Of a stretch of DNA of 64,000 nt, positions 53,426-61,611 are shown one piece after another (the first letter of the stretch is position 1; each line of letters begins with the position of its first letter). The stretch comes from Pirellulales bacterium (lineage in GTDB: Bacteria > Planctomycetota > Planctomycetia > Pirellulales > JBFWUW01), in NCBI GenBank assembly GCA_050247075.1, contig JBFWUW010000029.1, forward strand, positions 9,198-73,197, given 5' to 3'. The notes under the pieces are model-generated. The model was not told the origin of the DNA and made no database searches. It saw only the letters and a program-made list of their open reading frames with translations. The translations under genes were made by a program, and so were the position numbers.

Positions 53426-55768
53426 ATGGCTGAGTCACCGGCTCCGCGTGTGTTGGGAGTTTCCACCGTCGATGGTGAACTGAGTCCGCCCCTGCTGCAT
53501 GGCATCAGCCGTGCCTTGAACCGCTGGCGCATGGAGTTGGCGGCCGAGCAACTGCAGCGGCCCGCCCAGAGGCGCTCCAAGAAAAGCGTCAATGCGGAAC
53601 AACAGGAGACCGAACGACTGGCGGCCCGCCTGGATTTGTTGCGAACCTGGCGGGCCGAAATCGCGAATGGACGTGAGCTGGCTGGCGCCCCCTATTTTTT
53701 GGATGCCGTCGAAGAGGCGGCTTTTCAGGACGCCTGGGAAGCAGCGCAGGGTGCGCATCGGCTGACGCCGCTCATCGCCTGGCAGGCCCGGCTGGTCTGC
53801 TGGCTGTCGGGGAATTACGCCGCCCGGCGTTTCCTGGCGGCGGCGGCACAATTGTTGGAAGACTATCCCCAGGATTTACGTTGCCATCAAGTCCGCGGCT
53901 TTCAACAGGTGGTAATGTCTTGGAAGCAGCGCGGCGGGCAAGAGCGAGTCCGCGTTCTGCTGAAGGAGATGGCCTTGCATCACAAGACGCTTGCGCCGGA
54001 GATTGTCCGCCGGATAGGGTGTTCAACCCGGCTGCGGGGGCGAACCTATCCGCAACATTGCGACCGGCTGATCGACGGTTGCACGCGGCTCATCCGGGAA
54101 GATGAGGGACACCGTTGGCATCTCGTCCCGGCAGCGCTAGCGGCGCTGGCTGCCTGCGATGGCAGCCCGGCCTTGCTCCCTCGGCGATACCTTCAACCGG
54201 CAGCCGCGCGGGAGGACTACTCTTGTCTTTTGCGTATGGTGGAAAAACTCGCCGAGCAGATTGGCCTGCCGGGCTACGAGGCACTGCTGGCTGCCTTGCG
54301 CCAAATGCCCGAGCCTCTCCGGATAGTGGAACCGGGCTTACTTCGCGAATACCTGTCGAAAGGCAACTCATTGGCGAACTGCGTCTGGGCGGCCGAGCGG
54401 AATCTGCTGCAAGTATTGTCACATTCCCGCCTGCGGATCGCGGATGCGCAGCGGCTCGAAAATGCCTTCGCGGGCCGTGGGTTTCCCTTGGATGGCTACG
54501 AGCTTGGGGCGGTAGTCAGCCGCATTCAACACAAGGAGCATCTGGCGGCCATTTACGCCTGGCTAGCCTGGTTGGGCGGCGTGTCGCCTCGGGCCATCAC
54601 CCCGCGCCTGCGCGACCTGTTGTGGAGTTCTCTCTGGAACAGGCTGCTGACCAGTGTTGGCCAACAAGGTTGGTTTGAGCAGTTGGCCCCTTGCCTGGTT
54701 CCCCCGCGCCGCGCGGCGGGCCGCGCCGGCCAGCAACCATTGCTAGACACGATCGCTGAGTACCAACGCATGGCCCGCAAGAAGATGTCGCTTCCCAAGT
54801 CGCTGCGGAAGCTGCTGGGCAGCCAAATCAGTCGGCAGCGTGAACGCGACCGGCTGCGTACCCTGCTGGCGGCCGGCGAGATCGGCCCCGCCGCGCAAGC
54901 CCGTTTGCGGCATCTGGAGAACGAGGCCGGCCGGCCTCCCTCCGCCGCCAAGCTCCTCCGCGTGGCTGAGGATGCCTATTTGCTGCTGGGCATGGAAGCT
55001 CTGGCGGCCGTGGCCAACGAATTGGCGGCGGCCAAATGCCGAACGCAACTGGGCGGGCTAGCCGAGCTTCTCCCGCCGGAGCGGCTGTGGGACTTTGCCC
55101 TGTGGATGGAAGCCATGAACCCCGCGGAGCGCGAGCGGCTGCGGAAGGTGATCGCGGCCCGCGACCTCTACGGCGGCGGATACAAACAGCGGCTGGCCGA
55201 AAACCACGACTGGATCCGGCAAGCCGATGTGCGGGGCATTGAACTTGGCCCCTGGTTTTCCGCCGAGCCGTGCCGCATGGAGATTGACGGCCGCGCGATG
55301 GAGACGTCGCTGGCCAGCGATTTGCGGCACATCTTTCTGATGGGGGCCTACTTCGGCACCTGCCTGAGCCTGGGCGATTGCAACCAGATGTCGGTCTTGA
55401 CAAACGCCTACGATGCCAACAAGCAGGTCGTCTTCATGTTTGCCGCCGATGAAACGGGCCGCCAGCACATCGTGGCGCGGCAATTGATCGCCATCAGCAG
55501 CGACTTCAAGCTGGTCGGATATTGCTGCTATGTGAGCAGCCGAGGCACCGAGACCGGGTTTCGCCAGCGAGTCACGGCGGCCATGTCGGCCTACTGCGGC
55601 CGGTTGGCCGCGCAGTGCGGTCTGGAACTGGCCGATCAAGGGTCGCCCCAGGAGATTCGGGACCATTTTTGGTACGACGACGGGGAATGCGTATGGCCGG
55701 CCGAGGCCCGCACGGCCTGGGCGGATGCGCGTCAGGCGTCCAGTGCCGCAACATCCTTGTCTTGTTGA
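53426..55768 (+). CDS. Large cytoplasmic helical protein of unknown function
   Basis: 780 aa from ATG 53426 (longest ORF from 53246). No signal peptide or TM. Leu/Ala/Arg-rich helical composition. Distinctive C-terminal block FLMGAYFGTCLSLGDCNQMSVLTNAYDANKQVVFMF...ARQLIAIS. Confidence 0.6.
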   Translation: MAESPAPRVLGVSTVDGELSPPLLHGISRALNRWRMELAAEQLQRPAQRRSKKSVNAEQQETERLAARLDLLRTWRAEIANGRELAGAPYFLDAVEEAAFQDAWEAAQGAHRLTPLIAWQARLVCWLSGNYAARRFLAAAAQLLEDYPQDLRCHQVRGFQQVVMSWKQRGGQERVRVLLKEMALHHKTLAPEIVRRIGCSTRLRGRTYPQHCDRLIDGCTRLIREDEGHRWHLVPAALAALAACDGSPALLPRRYLQPAAAREDYSCLLRMVEKLAEQIGLPGYEALLAALRQMPEPLRIVEPGLLREYLSKGNSLANCVWAAERNLLQVLSHSRLRIADAQRLENAFAGRGFPLDGYELGAVVSRIQHKEHLAAIYAWLAWLGGVSPRAITPRLRDLLWSSLWNRLLTSVGQQGWFEQLAPCLVPPRRAAGRAGQQPLLDTIAEYQRMARKKMSLPKSLRKLLGSQISRQRERDRLRTLLAAGEIGPAAQARLRHLENEAGRPPSAAKLLRVAEDAYLLLGMEALAAVANELAAAKCRTQLGGLAELLPPERLWDFALWMEAMNPAERERLRKVIAARDLYGGGYKQRLAENHDWIRQADVRGIELGPWFSAEPCRMEIDGRAMETSLASDLRHIFLMGAYFGTCLSLGDCNQMSVLTNAYDANKQVVFMFAADETGRQHIVARQLIAISSDFKLVGYCCYVSSRGTETGFRQRVTAAMSAYCGRLAAQCGLELADQGSPQEIRDHFWYDDGECVWPAEARTAWADARQASSAATSLSC

Positions 55769-55900
55769 TAGCCAACCGCCGGCGGCAGCCAGTCCCCCAC
55801 TACGGATGCTGGCAACGGAGAACTTCTCGCAACCCGCAACGCTGGCTAGTAAACTCGCGTCTACGCGTATACGTTGCATGCTTCTGCGAGGAATATCTTC

Positions 55901-58801
55901 ATGCTGCGAAGTTGCTGTTGGCTGGTTCTGGCGTCGATAGGGCTAGTGTCGGGCGGCGCGGCCGTGGCGGCGGAGGCTATTCGTTCGGGCGATGGCTGGT
56001 CGATCCATCCTCAGGTGGTCGAGGAAGATTGGCAAAGCCTGGTGCGGGGCCGGAACCTGGCGGCGGGCAGGCTGGTGCAGCCGCAGCCCGCACCCAATGA
56101 CCACAACACCGGCAGCGATCTCAAGAATCTGACCGATGGCGGCCTGGCCGGGGCGGAAGGGCGGATGTGGAGCGACAAACGGGCTATGGGCTGGGCCTAT
56201 CAGCCTTATGCGCGGTTGACGTTTGATCTGGAAAAATCGCAACCGGTGGGGCAGGTGGTGATGCGGTTGCAGGTTATCAACAAAGGCAGCACGCTGCCCG
56301 GCAAGATCACCGTCTCGCTGAGCGATGACGGCCAGGAGTTTTCGCCCGTTCGAGACTTGTCACTTAAGACCAATCCCGATGACGACCCGCGGACAACGTA
56401 TGAGGCCTTGCCCTTCGATCCGCCGGGTATTTATGCCGTGGTGTTGGAGTTGGGCTACAAAGCCCGCTACGTGCAGCTCGACTTTGCGTTGATCGGCGCA
56501 ATGGTCACGGACGAACTGGCAATCCTGCCGGCAACTGGCGCGGTGAAGAAGATTCCCCCCCCCCCGCAAGTCACGACCGAATACCGCGATTACGTCTTTG
56601 ACCGGCGGGACCAGTACCGCCAGATGACCGCGGCCGGCAATCTGCTGTTGGGCAAACCGTTGCGCTACTCGCCGGCACCAACACAATATTTGACGGTGGA
56701 TGACGACGACCCGCTACAACTGACCGATGGCAATTTCTGCGAGCGGGTAGACGAGGCGATCTGGTTTGAGCGGGGCTGCGTCGGCTGGCAGGGGCCGCCG
56801 CTGGCGACGATCTTTGCCGATCTGGGCGAGGTTCAGCCGATCGACTCGGTGGTCATGCGGCTGCTAGGCGGGGCCGCGCAGAACGCGCTGGAATTTCCCG
56901 ACGAGATCAAGGTGCTGCTGAGCGATGACGGCTTGGAATACTTCGAGGCAGCCGCCCGACACAAGCGCGGGTTGGACGATCTTTCGGCCGATGGTTGGAC
57001 GTTGCCGGAGAACAAGATCCCCTGGGTCCACAACTTTCGATTGCCGATTGGACAGCGTGCCCGCTACGTGGCGGTGCAAATCGCCCACAAGAAGCAGTTC
57101 ATCGTTAGCGACGAAATGGCCGTCGTCAAAGGGGCCGACGATCTGCCGCTGTTCCAACCCGATGCCGAGAAGCGGGTGGTACTGGTCACGGAAGGGGTGG
57201 CGTTTCTGCCGGTGTGGGGCAATGTTCAGCCGGTCTGCCAGAATATGCCGCTCCGTTCGCGCCTACAAAAGCAGGATGCCCGCGTCGGCGACCAGTTTGA
57301 CGCGCCCTGCCAGATTTTGCTGGATCTGCCGGACACCTTGCAATGTCTGAACGCGGGCCTGGAACCGGTGGAAGTCTTGCACGAAGGGCGCAAGTATCTG
57401 CGGTACACGATCAAATGGGCGGGCGAAGGGACCGAATTGTACCTGCAAAGCCTGTTGCCCGCGGGCGAGACCGATGTCTTGTACACGTCGGGGGACAGCG
57501 GCAACGGTGCCGAGAACGAGCGCCCCATCACCTGGCGGTCGCTGTATATTCCGCCGGCGCGCGTTCCCAAGCGGCTGCATGTCAGCCTCTCGTGGGCCGA
57601 CGCCCCCACGCTCTACAAGACCTGGCCCAACTACTTACAGGCGCAGCGGCATTTGGGTTTCAACGGAGTTGGCATGCAGCCGTGCTACTGGCCGGAGAGT
57701 GTTGTCCCGGAATACCAGAAGATCTTGAAGGAGATTCGGGGCCAAGGTTTTAAATTGATTCAGATTGAATCGCCGGCCGGCGCGGTGGCCGGCGACCGCG
57801 AGCACGAAGAGACAAAAACAAGAATGGCCGACGGCAAGTTTGGAGACGTCTGCGCGGCCTATCGCGGCCAGTACTACCAGAAAGAACACCACAGCTTTGC
57901 CCGCGCCGCGACCTGGATCGAGCCGGACATTATTTTCTACGACATCGAAGCCTACTGGCGGGGTTCCGTGAATGCCGAATTGTGCGAACACTGCCAGCAG
58001 CGTTATCGCCAAGGCAATTACGCCAGTTGGAATGAGTACCGCGCCGCGATGGGCCGCGAGATTCATGTCGATATGAAGAACAAGATCGACAAAGCCCTGG
58101 CCAAGGCGGGAATCACGCGAAAGATTGCATACGGCAGCTACCGTACCGAGCCGATCACGCCCCTCAACGATGGGCTGTTTTCCTTCGACAACACCTACCC
58201 CGATCTGTTGCAGATGGCCATGCCCAGCCTGTACGTGGCGGGCAATCCGCTGGCTGTGGCCGAGAACATTGCCGCCAACCGGGCCCGCATGCAGACCAAC
58301 GAGATTGTTCCCTGGCTGAGCACCGGCTGTTACGGCGAATACGATCCGGCGCGGACCCGCGACATGATTCTGGAGGCCTTCGCCAACGGAGCCAGCGGCG
58401 TGACCTATTACTGGTATGGCCATTTCGATGCTGGACACTTCAAGTCGCACGCCGAGGCTATCAACATGGTCGCGCCGATCGAAGATATCTTCATGGACGG
58501 CACGCCTCTGACCGGCCTGACGTGCGGCCACGGCCAACTCAAGGTCTGCGGCATGGGCCTGGGCCAAGACCTGGCCGTGCTGGTCTCGAATTACCAGGGA
58601 GTTTCCCCAGGCACCGGCGTGATGGTGCAAACTTCCGCCGCGCCGGGCAGTCCCGTGCATGATTGCCACACCGGGCAACGGCTGGGCATTATCCAGCCGG
58701 ATGGCGGCTTTCAGGTCACGCTGGATGAATTCGCGACCCGGTTGTTGTACATCGGAGAAAAGTACATTGCAGCCGTGGCCAACGGTGTGAATAGCAAATA
58801 A
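55901..58801 (+). CDS. Secreted protein with two discoidin (F5/8 type C)-like domains and a large C-terminal region
   Basis: Signal peptide MLRSCCWLVLASIGLVSGGAAVAAE. NLTDGGLAG...WSDKRAMGWAYQPYARLTFDLEKSQPVGQVVMRL and LQLTDGNFCE...GWQGPPLATIFADLGEVQPIDSVVMRLLGG resemble discoidin/galactose-binding-like domains. Confidence 0.65.
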   Translation: MLRSCCWLVLASIGLVSGGAAVAAEAIRSGDGWSIHPQVVEEDWQSLVRGRNLAAGRLVQPQPAPNDHNTGSDLKNLTDGGLAGAEGRMWSDKRAMGWAYQPYARLTFDLEKSQPVGQVVMRLQVINKGSTLPGKITVSLSDDGQEFSPVRDLSLKTNPDDDPRTTYEALPFDPPGIYAVVLELGYKARYVQLDFALIGAMVTDELAILPATGAVKKIPPPPQVTTEYRDYVFDRRDQYRQMTAAGNLLLGKPLRYSPAPTQYLTVDDDDPLQLTDGNFCERVDEAIWFERGCVGWQGPPLATIFADLGEVQPIDSVVMRLLGGAAQNALEFPDEIKVLLSDDGLEYFEAAARHKRGLDDLSADGWTLPENKIPWVHNFRLPIGQRARYVAVQIAHKKQFIVSDEMAVVKGADDLPLFQPDAEKRVVLVTEGVAFLPVWGNVQPVCQNMPLRSRLQKQDARVGDQFDAPCQILLDLPDTLQCLNAGLEPVEVLHEGRKYLRYTIKWAGEGTELYLQSLLPAGETDVLYTSGDSGNGAENERPITWRSLYIPPARVPKRLHVSLSWADAPTLYKTWPNYLQAQRHLGFNGVGMQPCYWPESVVPEYQKILKEIRGQGFKLIQIESPAGAVAGDREHEETKTRMADGKFGDVCAAYRGQYYQKEHHSFARAATWIEPDIIFYDIEAYWRGSVNAELCEHCQQRYRQGNYASWNEYRAAMGREIHVDMKNKIDKALAKAGITRKIAYGSYRTEPITPLNDGLFSFDNTYPDLLQMAMPSLYVAGNPLAVAENIAANRARMQTNEIVPWLSTGCYGEYDPARTRDMILEAFANGASGVTYYWYGHFDAGHFKSHAEAINMVAPIEDIFMDGTPLTGLTCGHGQLKVCGMGLGQDLAVLVSNYQGVSPGTGVMVQTSAAPGSPVHDCHTGQRLGIIQPDGGFQVTLDEFATRLLYIGEKYIAAVANGVNSK

Positions 58802-58818
58802 GGCTCCATAGTTCCTGG

Positions 58819-60852
58819 ATGGGAGGTGTGCTTGTGATACGTCGCGCTTGGGTTGCCGTGTTATTGGTATTGGCGGTGTTGGCTCTGCGGCCATTGATGA
58901 TCGTTGCCGATCCGCCCGCCGATCGTGACGACAGTCCACTGGCGAATGCCCCCGTTGGCCAGCAGGAAGCTCCGCGAGAGGGCCGCCACGAACATGGCCA
59001 CTCGCACGGGCACGACGGACATGAGCATGCGCACGATCACAACCATGCGGAGACCGCCGCGTCTGCCCCCAAGTGGCCTGCCGCGATGATGCTGCCGGCA
59101 ATCGAAGGGCCCAAGCCGTGGTCGGACAAGCCAATCTTGGACGATCCTGACCGCTTTCATATTGCCATCATGACCGACCGCACGGGCGGCCACCGGCCGG
59201 GCGTGTGGATGAAGGCCGTGCGGCGGCTGAACTTGATGCGTCCGCGATTTGTAATGTCTGTGGGCGATTTGATTGAAGGCTATTCCAAGGACCGCCAGGA
59301 AGTCGAAGGCCAATGGCAAGAGTTCTTGGGCTTTATCGACCAGATGGAGATGAAGTTCTTTTTTGTGGCGGGCAACCACGATCTGACCAACCCGATGATG
59401 CACGATATTTGGCGGGAACATTTTGGCAAGGAGTGGTACTCGTTTGATTATCGCGGCGTTCACTTCTTATGCCTGAATTCCGAGGATCCCGAAGAACATT
59501 TGGGGGACGAGCAGTTGGCCTGGATTGAGCAAGACCTGCACGACCATGCCGATGCCCGCTGGACGTTGGTCTTTTTTCATAAGCCGCTGTGGCTGGCCGC
59601 CGAGCGTGCCCGCGCCGCGGGCAACGCCGATCCGACCAATTGGGGCAAGGTCGAGGAGTTGCTAGGCTCGCGTCCGCATACAGTATTTGCCGGACATGTA
59701 CATCACTATGTGCAGTACGACCGTAAGGGGGCCAAGTATTACCATCTGGCGACCACCGGCGGGGCATCGTTATTGCGCGGGGAGCCGTACGGTGAGTTCG
59801 ACCATGTTGCCTGGCTGACGATGGAAAGCGACGGGCCGCACATCGCCAATCTGCTGTTGGACGGCATTCTTCCGGCCGATGCCGTGACGGAGCAAGGGAT
59901 CAAGCGGTTTCGCGGTTTTCTCGCCAAGACGCGCCTGGAGGTGGCCCCGATCTTGATCGACCAGGCCGAGGGATTTTCCGAGGGCCGCATCGAGCTGCGG
60001 TTGAGCAACGACTTTGATACGAAGGTGGAGATGTCCGGCAAAATCGACGGGCTGCCACTACGCGGACTGTACGTCAACCCGGCGGAATTAACGCTGCGGG
60101 CCGAACCTGGACAGGCCGCCGAGTTGGCGGTCAATATCCGTTTTGCCGAGCAGGTTGAATTTGACCACCTGGTTGGCACCCTGCTGACAGCCACGCTAAA
60201 AACCGTTGAGGAAACACCCCTATTGGCCGAGCGGACCGTACCGGTGATTATCGACAGGCGTTTTCCGTGTCTCGCGGCGCCCGCCGAGGTCGCCGTGGAT
60301 GGCAACTTGCAAGAGTGGGGCGATTTGCCGCACGCCACAGCGGAGCAGCCGCTTGTGCTTGGCCCGGCCCAACAATGGCAAGGCCCAGGCGACGCCGCGT
60401 TGCGGTTTGTCCTGTCTCACGATGACGAGCGGCTCTATTTTGCCGGCCGTGTGGCCGATGACACGCTGCTGACGGGCGACGGGCTGGAACTGCGCTTCGA
60501 TACACGTTCTAGCGCTGCCCGCGCCGCCAACGGCGGGCTGAACGCCAAGCCGTTTGTCTTTAGGCTGTCCGCACCCGACAAATCTGGCAAGAACGCGCTG
60601 TCCGTGAGTGGGCCGCGCGAACTGGCGGATGCCAAGGCCGTCGGACTCCGTAGCGAGGATGGCTACGACTTGGAGCTATCGGTTCCGCTGGCCGGCTTGA
60701 TGGCCGAACAAGGCCCGGACTGGCAAACATTTCAAGCCACGGCAGCCATCGTCGATATCGACGATGCCAACGAAAAGCCAGTGCGTGTGTTGTGGCGCGG
60801 CACGCCCGAACTCGACAAGCGCAACATCAACTGGGGACAGTTCGCGAGGTAG
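58819..60852 (+). CDS. Secreted calcineurin-like metallophosphoesterase with His-rich N-terminal segment and C-terminal carbohydrate-binding-like domain
   Basis: FHIAIMTDRTGG...VMSVGDLIEGY...FFFVAGNHDL...VFFHKPLW...VFAGHVHHY are metallophosphoesterase motifs I-V. His-rich HEHGHSHGHDGHEHAHDHNH lies at 58984-59046. Confidence 0.8.
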   Translation: MGGVLVIRRAWVAVLLVLAVLALRPLMIVADPPADRDDSPLANAPVGQQEAPREGRHEHGHSHGHDGHEHAHDHNHAETAASAPKWPAAMMLPAIEGPKPWSDKPILDDPDRFHIAIMTDRTGGHRPGVWMKAVRRLNLMRPRFVMSVGDLIEGYSKDRQEVEGQWQEFLGFIDQMEMKFFFVAGNHDLTNPMMHDIWREHFGKEWYSFDYRGVHFLCLNSEDPEEHLGDEQLAWIEQDLHDHADARWTLVFFHKPLWLAAERARAAGNADPTNWGKVEELLGSRPHTVFAGHVHHYVQYDRKGAKYYHLATTGGASLLRGEPYGEFDHVAWLTMESDGPHIANLLLDGILPADAVTEQGIKRFRGFLAKTRLEVAPILIDQAEGFSEGRIELRLSNDFDTKVEMSGKIDGLPLRGLYVNPAELTLRAEPGQAAELAVNIRFAEQVEFDHLVGTLLTATLKTVEETPLLAERTVPVIIDRRFPCLAAPAEVAVDGNLQEWGDLPHATAEQPLVLGPAQQWQGPGDAALRFVLSHDDERLYFAGRVADDTLLTGDGLELRFDTRSSAARAANGGLNAKPFVFRLSAPDKSGKNALSVSGPRELADAKAVGLRSEDGYDLELSVPLAGLMAEQGPDWQTFQATAAIVDIDDANEKPVRVLWRGTPELDKRNINWGQFAR

Positions 60853-60870
60853 CATCAACACCCAAGCCGC

Positions 60871-61518
60871 CTACTCCGCTTCCGCCGAAAAAGTCAGCAC
60901 CCCAAACTTATCCAACCGTGCCAACGTGAAGCGGACGCCGTTTTGGCTGACGGTGGCCGGCGTGCCGCCGGCGGCATCGGCCAAAGCACCTTCGATCCAG
61001 CGGCCCGAGTCGTTCCAGCCGGGAGCGAGCGCGTTGGCCAGCAGCAGCATGTAGAGCGATTCGGGAACTTCATAGGTGGGGGGGGGCGTCTCGTCGGTCT
61101 CCTTGGCGCGCACCACGCGCCGCGGCACGAGTTGCATGGTCAGGCAGGCCCACGACAAGCTTTCGGCGGGGCCTTGCAGTTCGACAAACACGCGGTCGCC
61201 GCTGAGCCGGCCGAAGCAGCGCTCCAGTCCGTCATCGGGGGTGATGGCTTCGTAGCGGAACCGCGGCTCCACCGGACTATCGAGTGCGGCTTGCAACCGG
61301 TCGCGCGACAGCCCCAAACCTGGCCCGTCGTGGCCGGGCTGGGCAATTTTGACGCTGGCCTCGTCGGGAACCTCCACGCTGGCCTGGTTAGTATCGACAT
61401 TGCCGGTCACAATCCGATCGAGGGCCATCCCCACCAACAATCCCAACCCAGCCAGGCAAGCCCCGGCCAAGGCCACGGTTGAGGCAGGGTAACTGCGGTC
61501 GGTGAAGGAATTGGGCAT
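60871..61518 (-). CDS. Membrane-anchored hypothetical protein
   Basis: N-terminal anchor ASTVALAGACLAGLGLLVGMAL, then a ~180-aa soluble domain with no recognised motif. Confidence 0.55.
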   Translation of the reverse strand: MPNSFTDRSYPASTVALAGACLAGLGLLVGMALDRIVTGNVDTNQASVEVPDEASVKIAQPGHDGPGLGLSRDRLQAALDSPVEPRFRYEAITPDDGLERCFGRLSGDRVFVELQGPAESLSWACLTMQLVPRRVVRAKETDETPPPTYEVPESLYMLLLANALAPGWNDSGRWIEGALADAAGGTPATVSQNGVRFTLARLDKFGVLTFSAEAE

Positions 61519-61611
61519 GATTGAGTGAGTCCGTCATTCCAGTTGATCTTCATCCGCGCGAGGTTGTATCGCCTCGTGAAAGCCCATTCCGCGAGCCGGG
61601 CATTCCGAAGG

